Shown here: positions 16,899 through 26,092 of the stretch, piece after piece
Numbering within the stretch: position 1 is the first letter of the stretch
Layout of the letters: every line of letters begins with the position of its first letter
From: Candidatus Limnocylindria bacterium
GTDB taxonomy: Bacteria > Chloroflexota > Limnocylindria > Limnocylindrales > CSP1-4
Assembly: GCA_035514295.1 (NCBI GenBank)
Contig: DATKBB010000021.1
Location: forward strand, 10,460 to 74,459
Direction: 5' to 3'
DNA length: 64,000 nt
Notes under the pieces: model-generated
Told to the model about the DNA's origin: nothing
The model's input: only the letters and a program-made list of their open reading frames with translations
Databases searched by the model: none
Position numbers and translations under genes: made by a program

Positions 16899-17951
16899 GT
16901 GAGCACGGCCATCGACACCCGCGGCATCAGCCTGAGCGCCGAGCAGGAGGAGCGCGCCCGCCGCCTCCACGGCGAGGCGATCGTGATCGACTGCAGCTCG
17001 GTCGTGAAGCAGGAGCCATCGCACATCGAGCGCGCCCGGGCGGGCGGCGTGACCGCCACCAACCACACCGTCACGCGGCCGATGAGCGACCTGCCGACCG
17101 CCCTCGCCGAGCTCAACTCGTGCCGGCGCTGGATCGACCAGCATCCGGACGACGTGCTCCTCGGCACTAGCGTGGATGACATCGACGAGGCCAAGCGCAC
17201 GAACCGCGAGGCGATCATCTTCGGGCCCCAGAACACCGAGTTCATCGGCACTGACCTGAACGTGCTCGGCACGGCGTACGACCTGGGCGTGCGTATCCTC
17301 CAGCTGACCTACCAGCGCCAGAACTGGGTCGGCTCGGGCTGCGGCGAGCGACGCGATGCCGGGCTGTCGATGTTCGGCCGCGAGCTCGTGAGTGAGATGA
17401 ACGAGCTGGGCATCGTCGTCGACGTCTCACACTGTGGCCAGGTCACCGGCGCCGACGCGATCGAGGTCTCGCGCACGCCGGTGGTGGTCAGCCACGGCCA
17501 CCCCAGCCGTGTCGCGCCGCATGCCCGAGCGAAGGACGACGACCTGCTCCGCGCACTCGCCGCCGCCGGCGGCGTGATCGGCGTGACGGCGATCTCGATG
17601 TTCCTCTACGACTTAACCGAGCAGGACGTGCGCCCGGGCCTGCGCGACCTCGCCCGCCACCTGGAATACCTGATCGACCTGATCGGCGTCGACCACGTCG
17701 GGATTGGGCTCGACTTCGACGAGACGAACACGCCCGAGAAGTACGCCGCCGATGCCGCCGCCCATCCGGAGATCTACACGCAGACGGCCCGCTTCGGCTG
17801 GGACGACAAGCGCATCCACAAGCTGACCAGCGCTGCCGAGGAGCTGTCGGTAACGAATGCGCTGGTCTCGCTCGGGCTATCCGACGAGGACGTGCTGAAG
17901 GTCCTCGGCGGCAACTGGCTGCGCATCTTCAAGGAGGTCTGGCGCTCGTGA
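16899..17951 (+). CDS. M19-like amidohydrolase, paralogue 3 (close paralogue of 9447..10487)
   Basis: GTG at 16899 follows AAAGGAG. The protein is collinear with paralogue 1 and shares long identical blocks (AIIFGPQNTEFIGT, LQLTYQRQNWVG, GIGLDFDETNTPEK). Confidence 0.85.
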   Translation: MSTAIDTRGISLSAEQEERARRLHGEAIVIDCSSVVKQEPSHIERARAGGVTATNHTVTRPMSDLPTALAELNSCRRWIDQHPDDVLLGTSVDDIDEAKRTNREAIIFGPQNTEFIGTDLNVLGTAYDLGVRILQLTYQRQNWVGSGCGERRDAGLSMFGRELVSEMNELGIVVDVSHCGQVTGADAIEVSRTPVVVSHGHPSRVAPHARAKDDDLLRALAAAGGVIGVTAISMFLYDLTEQDVRPGLRDLARHLEYLIDLIGVDHVGIGLDFDETNTPEKYAADAAAHPEIYTQTARFGWDDKRIHKLTSAAEELSVTNALVSLGLSDEDVLKVLGGNWLRIFKEVWRS

Positions 17952-18994
17952 CCAGTGCTCCCCCGGGCCTCGACCCGGCGTCCGCGGCCAGCGGCGCAGC
18001 GTTCGACATCCTGCTCGACGTGCAGGACCTCGAGACGGTCTTCGCTGGCGCCGATGGCGTGGTCCACGCGGTCGATCACGTTTCGTTCCAGCTGCGCCGC
18101 GGTGAGGTCCTCGGGCTGGTCGGCGAGTCAGGCTGCGGGAAGAGCGTCAGCGCCCTGTCGATCATGCGCCTGCTGCCCTCCCCGCCGGCGCGCGTGCGCG
18201 GCCGCGTGCTGTTCGACGGGCGCGACCTCCTGACGCTATCCGATTCCGAGATGCGCGCTGTGCGGGGCAACCAGATCGCGATGATCTTCCAGGACCCCAT
18301 GACCTCGCTCAACCCGGTACTGCCCATCGCCACGCAGATCATCGAGTCGATCCAGCTTCACATGGGCCTGGGCCAGCGGGCGGCGCGCGCCAGGGCAGCC
18401 GAGCTGCTGGCCTTGGTCGGCATCCCTAACGCCAAGGACCGCCTGAACGACTACCAGCACCAGTTCTCGGGAGGGATGCGCCAGCGGGTGATGATCGCCA
18501 TGGCACTCAGCTGCGACCCCAAGCTGCTCATCGCCGACGAGCCCACGACAGCCCTCGACGTGACCATCCAGGCCCAGATCCTCGACCTGATGCGGCGCCT
18601 GCGCGACCAGCTCGGGATGGCGATGATCCTGATCACCCACGACCTCGGCGTGGCCGCGGGCACGTGCGACCGGATCAACGTGATGTATGCCGGACGGATC
18701 GTCGAGACCGGACCGGTGGACACTGTCTTCGAACAGCCCCGGATGCCGTACTCGTGGGGCCTGCTCGAATCGATGCCGCGGCTGGACCACGTTGCGGGCA
18801 GCCTGCTGGCGACGATCGAGGGCGCACCGCCCGAGCTGACCGACACCACCGAGCGCTGCCGCTTCGCGCCGCGCTGCAGCTACGTTCGCGACGTCTGCCG
18901 CGAGCGGGAGCCTGTGCTCAGCCCGCGCGGCTCGTCGATCCACCTCGCGCGTTGCTTCGGGACCGAGCCCGATGGCTGGATCGAGCGTGCCTGA
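17948..18994 (+). CDS. ABC transporter ATP-binding protein (DppD/OppD type)
   Basis: Walker A GESGCGKS, signature FSGGMRQR, Walker [17 protein letters not shown] overlap with the previous gene. Confidence 0.9.
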   Translation: MTSAPPGLDPASAASGAAFDILLDVQDLETVFAGADGVVHAVDHVSFQLRRGEVLGLVGESGCGKSVSALSIMRLLPSPPARVRGRVLFDGRDLLTLSDSEMRAVRGNQIAMIFQDPMTSLNPVLPIATQIIESIQLHMGLGQRAARARAAELLALVGIPNAKDRLNDYQHQFSGGMRQRVMIAMALSCDPKLLIADEPTTALDVTIQAQILDLMRRLRDQLGMAMILITHDLGVAAGTCDRINVMYAGRIVETGPVDTVFEQPRMPYSWGLLESMPRLDHVAGSLLATIEGAPPELTDTTERCRFAPRCSYVRDVCREREPVLSPRGSSIHLARCFGTEPDGWIERA

Positions 18995-20072
18995 CAACGG
19001 CACCTCGACCGCGCTGGTCGAGGTGCGCGACATGAAGGTCCACTTCCCTGTCCGCTCGGGCCTGCTGCTGCGCCAAACGGGCAGCGTCCGCGCGGTGGAC
19101 GGGGTGAGCCTGCACATCGAGCCGGGCGAGACGCTCGGTCTGGTCGGCGAATCGGGCTGCGGCAAGACGACGACAGGTCGCGCCCTGCTGCGCCTGACCA
19201 AGCCGACCAGCGGGCGGGTCTTCTTCGACGGCCAGGACATCACTGCATTGGACGACAGCGCGCTGCGGCGCGCGCGCCGCAACATGCAAATGATCTTTCA
19301 GGACCCCTACGGCAGCCTCAACCCGCGGATGCGCGTCGAGGACATCGTCGGCGACCCGCTGTCGGTCCACGGCATCGCCCGCGGCCAGGTGCGGCGTAAG
19401 CGCGTTGGTGAGCTGCTCGAGATGGTCGGCCTCAGCGCCACCTTTGCGCGCCGCTTCCCGCACGAGTTCTCGGGTGGCCAGCGCCAGCGCATCGGCATCG
19501 CCCGCGCGCTGTCGACCGAGCCGAAGTTCATAATCTGCGACGAGCCGGTCTCGGCGCTCGACGTGTCGATCCAGGCACAGGTGCTCAACGTGCTGATCAG
19601 CCTGCGCGACCGGCTCAACCTGACCTACCTGTTCATCGCCCACGACCTTGCCGTCGTGCGTCACTTCAGCGATCGGGTCGCGGTGATGTACCTGGGCAAG
19701 ATCGTCGAGGTCGGCCCGCCATCAGCGGTCTACGACGGCGCCGTCCATCCGTACACGCAGGCGCTGCTGTCGGCCATCCCGGTGCCCGATCCAAAGACCG
19801 AGCGCAGGCGCCGCCGGATCATCCTGACTGGCGAAGTGCCGTCACCCGACGCGCCGCCGCCGGGCTGCCGCTTCCACAATCGCTGCTGGCTGTACCAGAA
19901 GCTCGACCAGCCCGAACGCTGCCTGACCGAGGAGCCGCCGCTTTTGACAGTCGTCGGCGACCATCAGGCCGCCTGCCACTTCCCTGCCGAGGCGCGTGCC
20001 GCGGCGAGCACACCGGACAACTCCAACGCCAACCCCGTCAAACCGGCGCGTTTGGACACAGAAAAGCGTTGA
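18972..20072 (+). CDS. ABC transporter ATP-binding protein (DppF/OppF type)
   Basis: Walker [10 protein letters not shown], signature FSGGQRQR, Walker [13 protein letters not shown]. Start is ATG 18972 or GTG 18987. Confidence 0.9.
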   Translation: MAGSSVPDNGTSTALVEVRDMKVHFPVRSGLLLRQTGSVRAVDGVSLHIEPGETLGLVGESGCGKTTTGRALLRLTKPTSGRVFFDGQDITALDDSALRRARRNMQMIFQDPYGSLNPRMRVEDIVGDPLSVHGIARGQVRRKRVGELLEMVGLSATFARRFPHEFSGGQRQRIGIARALSTEPKFIICDEPVSALDVSIQAQVLNVLISLRDRLNLTYLFIAHDLAVVRHFSDRVAVMYLGKIVEVGPPSAVYDGAVHPYTQALLSAIPVPDPKTERRRRRIILTGEVPSPDAPPPGCRFHNRCWLYQKLDQPERCLTEEPPLLTVVGDHQAACHFPAEARAAASTPDNSNANPVKPARLDTEKR

Positions 20073-20222
20073 AATTGGAGGAGTCAACGCTGGTATTGGG
20101 CATCATTTGGGATATCATTTGAATGGGCCGTCGTTTGGAAAGCCAGTCCTTTGGATTGGCCGGCGCTGCGTCATTGGGGGCAGCCACCGAGCCAAGGCCC
20201 CACACAAGGAGAGAGGAGGCTC
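20073..20222 (+). promoter_or_regulatory. AT-richer leader or internal promoter region ahead of the binding-protein gene, with reiterated TTGG/TTGGA motifs
   Basis: aaattggagg, tattggg, catttggg, catttgaatggg, cgtttggaaag, cctttggattgg and cattgggg occur within 150 nt. It ends in the strong RBS GGAGAGAGGAGG. Confidence 0.3.
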
Positions 20223-21866
20223 ATGAAGACCAAGCGCTGGGTACTACCCGCGATTGCGCTGGTGTCGGTCCTGGTGTTCACCTCGTGCACGGCAGCGCCG
20301 CAGCAGACGGTGGCTCCGGGCGCCACCGATCCGCCGACCGCCACTGCCACCCCCGCCCAGCCCGGGGCCACGCCGACCGCCGGCGGAGCGACGGCTGAGC
20401 CAACGGCAGAACCAACCGGGTCTGTCGACGAGCCGAGTGGCACGCTGACCGTCGCCCAGCAGGCCATCCTGCCGCGACCCGATCCCTACGCGCTGACGAC
20501 GAACATGGAGCACAGCATCGTGCTGGCCATGTACGACCCGCTCAGCCGCGTCAACGAGCAGGGCGAGCTGACCTACTACCTCGCGCGCGAGTGGGAGCCA
20601 GAGACAGAGACCAGCTGGATCCTGCACCTCAAGGAAGGCGTGATGTGGTCCGACGGAACCGAGTTCACGTCGGAGGACGTCGTCTTCACCATCGAGCGCA
20701 TGCAGGACCCGGACACCGGCACGATCTGGACGGCCGTCTACTCCTACATCGAGAGCGCCGAAGCGATCGACCGCTACACGGTGCGCATCAACACCACCCG
20801 CCAGGTGGTGGCCCTGCCGCAGGACTACGGCCGCCTGTCGATGATGCCAAAGGCCGCCTTTGAGAGCATGGGCGCCGACGCCTTCTTTGCCAACCCGGTG
20901 ACCAGCGGTCCGTTCAAGTTCGTCGAGATGGTCGCGGGCGAGCGCATCGTTCTCGAAGCGAACATGGATTACCACCTTGGCCCGCCGAAGGTTCAAACGC
21001 TGATCTTCAAGCAGGTGCCCGACGCGTCGACGCGGGTCGCCGAAGCCGAGACCGGCGCCTCAGACATTGTCTTCGATATTCCGCCGACCGAGATCGACCG
21101 AATCAACAACAGCGGTGTCGCCGAAGTTCTCGCCTACCCGGGGGTGGGACGCATCGTGCTTGAGTTCGCCATCGCCACCACGCCTGAGCTGGAGGACGTC
21201 CGCGTCCGCGAGGCGGCCTTTCTAGCAATCGACGCCGACGCGATCAACGATGCCATCTATGGCGGCGCCGGCGGCAACCAAACCGGCTGGTTCGACCGGA
21301 ACACTTTCGGCAAGAACCAGGACATCCAGTCGCACGGGTACAACCCTGAGCGAGCGCGTGAGTTGCTCGCTGAGGCCGGATTCCCCGATGGCCTGCCCAT
21401 CGATTTCACGATCCGCACGCCCGATGGGCTGCTGACCGAGGACGTTGGGCTGGTCATTAACGACATGCTCAACGCCGCCGGCTTCGTCACCAACTTCCAG
21501 GTCCTCGAGGCAGCCGAGTTCGTGACTCGGACCAACGACCAGGCCCACACGGGGCTTTACCTGCGCGGCTCGCGCAACAGCACGGGCGACCCCGACCAGA
21601 TTCTCCGCGCATACGATCCCAAGCGCGAAGACAAGTACATCCTCGACCCGACGCTCGAGGCCATGATCGACGCCCAGGCGAGCGAGCCTGATCCCGAGGC
21701 CCGCGCCGCCCTGGTCGCCGATGTTGATCAGTACATCCACGACAACTTCCTTGGCTACAACGTCCTGACGTGGCCGGGCATCGAATCCGTCAACAACCGT
21801 GTTGAAGGCTTCATTCCCAGTCCGTTCGAGGTTCGTTGGTTCCACGAGGTGAGCGTCTCCGAGTAG
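20223..21866 (+). CDS. ABC transporter substrate-binding lipoprotein (family 5, peptide/nickel/opine type)
   Basis: ATG at 20223 follows GGAGAGAGGAGG. Signal peptide plus lipobox (MKTKRWVLPAIALVSVLVFTSC), then a Thr/Pro/Ala linker and an SBP_bac_5-like body. Confidence 0.9.
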   Translation: MKTKRWVLPAIALVSVLVFTSCTAAPQQTVAPGATDPPTATATPAQPGATPTAGGATAEPTAEPTGSVDEPSGTLTVAQQAILPRPDPYALTTNMEHSIVLAMYDPLSRVNEQGELTYYLAREWEPETETSWILHLKEGVMWSDGTEFTSEDVVFTIERMQDPDTGTIWTAVYSYIESAEAIDRYTVRINTTRQVVALPQDYGRLSMMPKAAFESMGADAFFANPVTSGPFKFVEMVAGERIVLEANMDYHLGPPKVQTLIFKQVPDASTRVAEAETGASDIVFDIPPTEIDRINNSGVAEVLAYPGVGRIVLEFAIATTPELEDVRVREAAFLAIDADAINDAIYGGAGGNQTGWFDRNTFGKNQDIQSHGYNPERARELLAEAGFPDGLPIDFTIRTPDGLLTEDVGLVINDMLNAAGFVTNFQVLEAAEFVTRTNDQAHTGLYLRGSRNSTGDPDQILRAYDPKREDKYILDPTLEAMIDAQASEPDPEARAALVADVDQYIHDNFLGYNVLTWPGIESVNNRVEGFIPSPFEVRWFHEVSVSE

Positions 21867-21890
21867 GCGATTCACCACGCAGAGCGATTC

Positions 21891-21924
21891 TGAGGGGGCA
21901 GTCGGCAGCGCGGCTGCCCCCTCA
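21891..21924 (+). terminator. stem-loop after the binding-protein gene
   Basis: tgagggggcag-tcggcagcgcgg-ctgccccctca is a perfect 11-bp GC-rich stem 25 nt after the stop. There is no T-tract. Confidence 0.45.
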
Positions 21925-21952
21925 GCCACTTCTGGAAGGAGACGACCTCGAA

Positions 21953-22912
21953 GTGCTGTCAGTGCTGCTCGCCCGGATTGTCGAAGACGAACAGGTCGAG
22001 GCGCTGGACGCCCGATTCGCCGGCCGCGCCCGTTTCGAGCGCTTGCCCCAGAGCGGCGAGGTGCCGGCCGATGCGACCGACGCCGAGGTGCTATTCCGCT
22101 GCGCGATGTCGAAATCAGAGTTCTCGCGCGCTATCGCCGAGTCGCCGTCGCTGCGCTGGGTTCACACTTGCTCGGCCGGCTTCGATCAGCTGCTGGTCCC
22201 CGAAATCACCGACCGCGGTCTACTTGTGACACGGAGTGCGGCGACTCATCACATCCCGATCAGCGAATGGGTCATCGGCTACATGTTCATGATGGCCAAG
22301 CGCTTCCCCGACCTGATGCGGGCCCAAAGTGACCATGTCTGGGCGCCACCAGAAACGACCGAGCTCGGCGGCGCGACCGTAGGCATCGTGGGCGCCGGCG
22401 CGATCGGCGGACAGGTTGCTCGCCGGGCCCGCGCGCTAGGCATGCGGGTCATCGCCACGAAGCGCGAGCCTGAACCGCTGCCCGACTACGACGAGGTCAT
22501 GCCCGGCGTCGAGTTGGCCAGGTTGCTCGCGGAATCCGACTACGTCGTGCTGGCTTGCCCGCTGACCAGCGAGACGCGCGACATGATCGGCGAGCGGGAA
22601 CTGCGGACGATGAAGCCAACCGCCTACCTCCTCAACATAGCGCGCGGCGGGCTGATCGTCGACGAGGAACTGGTCCGCGCGCTCAACGAGGGCTGGATCG
22701 CTGGCGCATGCCTCGACGCCTTCCGCCAGGAGCCGCTACCCGCCGAGAGTCCCCTGTGGGATGTGCCGAACCTGTTCATCACGCCGCACGCGTCGTACAA
22801 GTCGCCGCGCTTCCTCGAGCGATCCACGGCCGAGTTCGCGGGCAACCTCGAGCGCTACCTGGCAGGTGAGCCACTACACAATACGCTGCGCGACGCAGCG
22901 CTGGGCTACTGA
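21953..22912 (+). CDS. D-isomer-specific 2-hydroxyacid dehydrogenase family protein
   Basis: GTG at 21953 follows GGAAGGAGA. NAD-binding GIVGAGAIGGQVARRARALGMRV, ...LLNIARGGLIVDEELVRAL..., ...ITPHAS. Confidence 0.85.
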   Translation: MLSVLLARIVEDEQVEALDARFAGRARFERLPQSGEVPADATDAEVLFRCAMSKSEFSRAIAESPSLRWVHTCSAGFDQLLVPEITDRGLLVTRSAATHHIPISEWVIGYMFMMAKRFPDLMRAQSDHVWAPPETTELGGATVGIVGAGAIGGQVARRARALGMRVIATKREPEPLPDYDEVMPGVELARLLAESDYVVLACPLTSETRDMIGERELRTMKPTAYLLNIARGGLIVDEELVRALNEGWIAGACLDAFRQEPLPAESPLWDVPNLFITPHASYKSPRFLERSTAEFAGNLERYLAGEPLHNTLRDAALGY

Positions 22913-22918
22913 CCAAAG

Positions 22919-24004
22919 GTGACTGCGTTGAACATCTTCGATCGTCTTGCCGACGTGCCGACCACTCCTGGCCGCCACGTGGCGCGCATCCCGGTCACCG
23001 TCGAGCTGAGTGGCCAAGAGGTCGCCATCTGGACGCACGTGCTGGTCGGCCGGCATGCGGGCCCGACGCTCGTCCTGCTCTCCGGCGCCCATGGCAACGA
23101 GTGGGGTCACATCGAGTTCATGCACCGCTTCGTGCGCGAGTTCGACCCGTCGGTGGTACGCGGCACGCTGTTTGTTGTGCCGCAGGCCAATCCCCCCGCA
23201 TTGGGCGCGCTGAGCCGGGCCATGCCCGACGACTCCGACCAGCCGGATGTGAACCGCTCTTACCCCGGCGGCGACCGGCGCTTCACCTGGCTGGCCGAAC
23301 AGATCGCGACCACGCTGGCGACCGAGATCATCCCGCGCGCCGATGCGCTCATAGAGTTTCACGTCGGGATCTGGGGCTCGGCGATGGGCTCCTCGATCGT
23401 GGGCAGCGATTACAGCAATGAAGAGATGCGCAAGCAGTGCCTCGATTTGGCGCTGATTTTCGGCGTGCCATTGATCTTCACGACTTGCGCCGTGGGCGGG
23501 TTCCCGGGCCCGCGGTCACTGCTCGGCTACGCTGGCGAGAGGGCGGGCGTGCCGACCACGGGCAGCATGATCGGCGGCAGCGGCTTCGAGCGCTCGACGG
23601 AGCTGCGCTGGCAGCACGCGAACGAGCGCGGAATCGCCAACGTCATGCGCTACATGGGCATGCTTCGCGGCGAGCCGGAGCTGCCAGCCTCGTACCTCGT
23701 CTACCAGACCGTCGAGCGGGTCAATCCGCGCAACGGCGGGCTGCTTCTCCCGGCGCGAGCGAGGGAGGAGTTCGGTAGGCCGGTCACCGCCGGCGAAGTC
23801 TTGGGCACGGTCGTCAGCCCGTACAGTCTCGAGGTGATCGAGACGCTTGTCTCGCCGAGCGACGGCTTCTTGGCTTACTGGGCGCGCGATTATCCAGTGC
23901 ACCCCGGTGACTGGTCCTTCGGGGTCATTCCAGCGGGCCACCCAGGCACGCGAACTGTGTCGATAAGAGACGAGCGGCCCCGGCCCTGGGCGGGTCGCGG
24001 CTAG
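22919..24004 (+). CDS. succinylglutamate desuccinylase / aspartoacylase (AstE/AspA) family deacylase
   Basis: Zn-site motif LLSGAHGNEWGH, NRSYPG, ...IEFHVG. Confidence 0.8.
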   Translation: MTALNIFDRLADVPTTPGRHVARIPVTVELSGQEVAIWTHVLVGRHAGPTLVLLSGAHGNEWGHIEFMHRFVREFDPSVVRGTLFVVPQANPPALGALSRAMPDDSDQPDVNRSYPGGDRRFTWLAEQIATTLATEIIPRADALIEFHVGIWGSAMGSSIVGSDYSNEEMRKQCLDLALIFGVPLIFTTCAVGGFPGPRSLLGYAGERAGVPTTGSMIGGSGFERSTELRWQHANERGIANVMRYMGMLRGEPELPASYLVYQTVERVNPRNGGLLLPARAREEFGRPVTAGEVLGTVVSPYSLEVIETLVSPSDGFLAYWARDYPVHPGDWSFGVIPAGHPGTRTVSIRDERPRPWAGRG

Positions 24005-24025
24005 CGCAGGCTTCGCACCACGTTC

Positions 24026-25432
24026 GTGTCGGCGGCGGCTGAGACCGACCCAGTGACCGGCGAACTTCTCCACGAGCTTCGGGCCGTCGTCGGCGCCGAG
24101 CATCTGCTTACGGACCGCGCAGTCCTGGCATCGTACGAGACCGATTGGACGCGCCGCTGGAAGGGCAGGGCAACCGCGGTTGTGAGACCAGGATCCACCG
24201 ACGAGGTGGCCCGCGTCCTCGCGGCCTGCAATAGGGCCGCGATAGGAGTTGTACCCCAGGGCGGCAACACGGGCATGGTCGGCGGCGGCGTACCGCGCGC
24301 TGGGGAGGTGGTGATCAGCACGACTCGCCTGCGTGACCTAGAGCCCGTCGACGACGCCGGCGAGGTGACGGTCGGCGCCGGCGTCACTCTGGCCAGCGTC
24401 CAGGCCCATGTCCGCGCGGCTGGCTGGGACATCGGCATCGACTTCGGCTCGCGCGATAGCGCCACAATCGGCGGCATGGTCGCGACCAATGCCGGCGGCA
24501 TCCGCGTGCTCCGCTACGGGCCGATGCGCGGCCAGCTGCGCGGGCTGGAGGCGATCCTCGCCGACGGCCGGATCGTGCGGCGGCTCCCGGGCCTTGTCAA
24601 GGACAACACCGGCCTGCATCTGCCGTCCCTGTTGGCCGGCAGCGAGGGCACACTCGCGGTAGTCACTCGCGTGCGCCTGGCATTGGTTCCGCAGATCCAA
24701 CGGAGCGCGGTGGCTTTGATCGGGCTGCCCAGCCTGCGCGAGGCCGCGGCACTGGGCAATCGGTTGCGCCGTCGGCTGGCGACCCTGATGGCGGCGGAGG
24801 CCTTCACCACCGACGGGCTGAAGCTAGTCATCGAGCACCTTCACGCGCAAGCGCCGTTCACCACATTCCACGGCGCTTACCTACTTGTGGAATGTGCCGC
24901 TGCGCGCGACCCGCTCGACGATCTCGAGCAATCGCTTGCAGAGGAGGGTCCGACAGACGTGGTCGCCGGCGAGGACGAAGGCACCCGGCGCCGTCTGTGG
25001 CGCCTCCGCGAGGGGCTCACCGAGGCGATCGCGTTCGCGGGCATTCCGCACAAGCTTGACGTGGCCGTGCCGATCGGACGGATCGGAGACCTGGCCGAGC
25101 AAGTGCCCGAGCTGGTGACGAGTCTCTCGCCGGCGGCGCGCTGCGTGATCTACGGGCACGTCGGCGATGGAAACCTGCATATCAACGTGCTTGGCCTTCC
25201 CCCAGACGACGAGGCAGTGGACGATGCGATCCTCCGTCTGACTATCGCCCTGGGTGGCAGCATCAGCGCCGAGCACGGGGTTGGCGTGGCCAAGGCGCGC
25301 TGGCTCGAAGCGGACCGCGGGCCGGTGGCGGTTGCGATGACGCGCGCGATCAAGGCTGCGCTGGATCCCAAGGGTATACTCAACCCGGGCGTGATACTGC
25401 CGCTGCGCCCAGGGGCGCCCGGCCGGCGCTAG
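24026..25432 (+). CDS. FAD-binding oxidoreductase (FAD-linked oxidase; GlcD / D-2-hydroxyacid dehydrogenase-like)
   Basis: VVRPGSTDEVARVLAACN...VVPQGGNTGMVGG (FAD_binding_4) and a C-terminal FAD-oxidase_C-like ...SAEHGVGVAKA...LDPKGILNPG. Confidence 0.85.
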   Translation: MSAAAETDPVTGELLHELRAVVGAEHLLTDRAVLASYETDWTRRWKGRATAVVRPGSTDEVARVLAACNRAAIGVVPQGGNTGMVGGGVPRAGEVVISTTRLRDLEPVDDAGEVTVGAGVTLASVQAHVRAAGWDIGIDFGSRDSATIGGMVATNAGGIRVLRYGPMRGQLRGLEAILADGRIVRRLPGLVKDNTGLHLPSLLAGSEGTLAVVTRVRLALVPQIQRSAVALIGLPSLREAAALGNRLRRRLATLMAAEAFTTDGLKLVIEHLHAQAPFTTFHGAYLLVECAAARDPLDDLEQSLAEEGPTDVVAGEDEGTRRRLWRLREGLTEAIAFAGIPHKLDVAVPIGRIGDLAEQVPELVTSLSPAARCVIYGHVGDGNLHINVLGLPPDDEAVDDAILRLTIALGGSISAEHGVGVAKARWLEADRGPVAVAMTRAIKAALDPKGILNPGVILPLRPGAPGRR

Positions 25433-25565
25433 GGCCATTAGCGCGGACGCCGTCACGCAACGGCTACAGCTGTCGCGCGTGTAGGGTTTACGAGCCTCCA
25501 ACGATGGCAGCGCCTGCCCTCGACAGGAGGAGAATTCGCGTTGAACGATGCATCTTCGCAGGACC

Positions 25566-25958
25566 TCAGGACCAAGATCTATCGTCGCGCCGCTCAGCGA
25601 ACAATCGATGGTGAGTGACGCGAAGGCCCTCGAGCACCGCCCGGAGACGCGGCCGATCTGGACTGCTCTCGGGTAGCTCGCTCAGCTCGCGCTCCGCGGC
25701 GCGCCACGACTCAAGGAGAGCGCTGATCCGGACCATCGCCCCAGCGTGCCTGGCCACCCGTGGAGATGCCGGGCGCGCGGCGACGAGGCCGACTGACCTG
25801 ATCGCGTCCAGCATGCGCTGCTGGCCCAGTTCCGCTCGGGCAGCGGCCCACTGGTCCTGCGGTTGGCCGGTTCGGGCGGTGCCCAGCAGGCCCCACTCCC
25901 CGCGATCGAGTCCCGTGCCGGCCTCAGCAGCGGGAAGTGTCATCTCAGGCTGCGCCAT
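25566..25958 (-). CDS. hypothetical protein
   Basis: 130-aa ORF downstream of the response regulator on the same strand. Only a C-terminal helical LLESWRAAERELSEL... segment is distinctive. Confidence 0.35.
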   Translation of the reverse strand: MAQPEMTLPAAEAGTGLDRGEWGLLGTARTGQPQDQWAAARAELGQQRMLDAIRSVGLVAARPASPRVARHAGAMVRISALLESWRAAERELSELPESSPDRPRLRAVLEGLRVTHHRLFAERRDDRSWS

Positions 25959-26092
25959 GGCGACGGACTCCTACCACCGGTGCCTCAAGCCTGGCACCCA
26001 TCACGTGACTCACCCCAACGGTCGACGTAACCGTTCCCAGTCAAGAGTCCGCTATTGCCAGGGTGTCGTCATGACGGTCCGTAATCCGGCGA

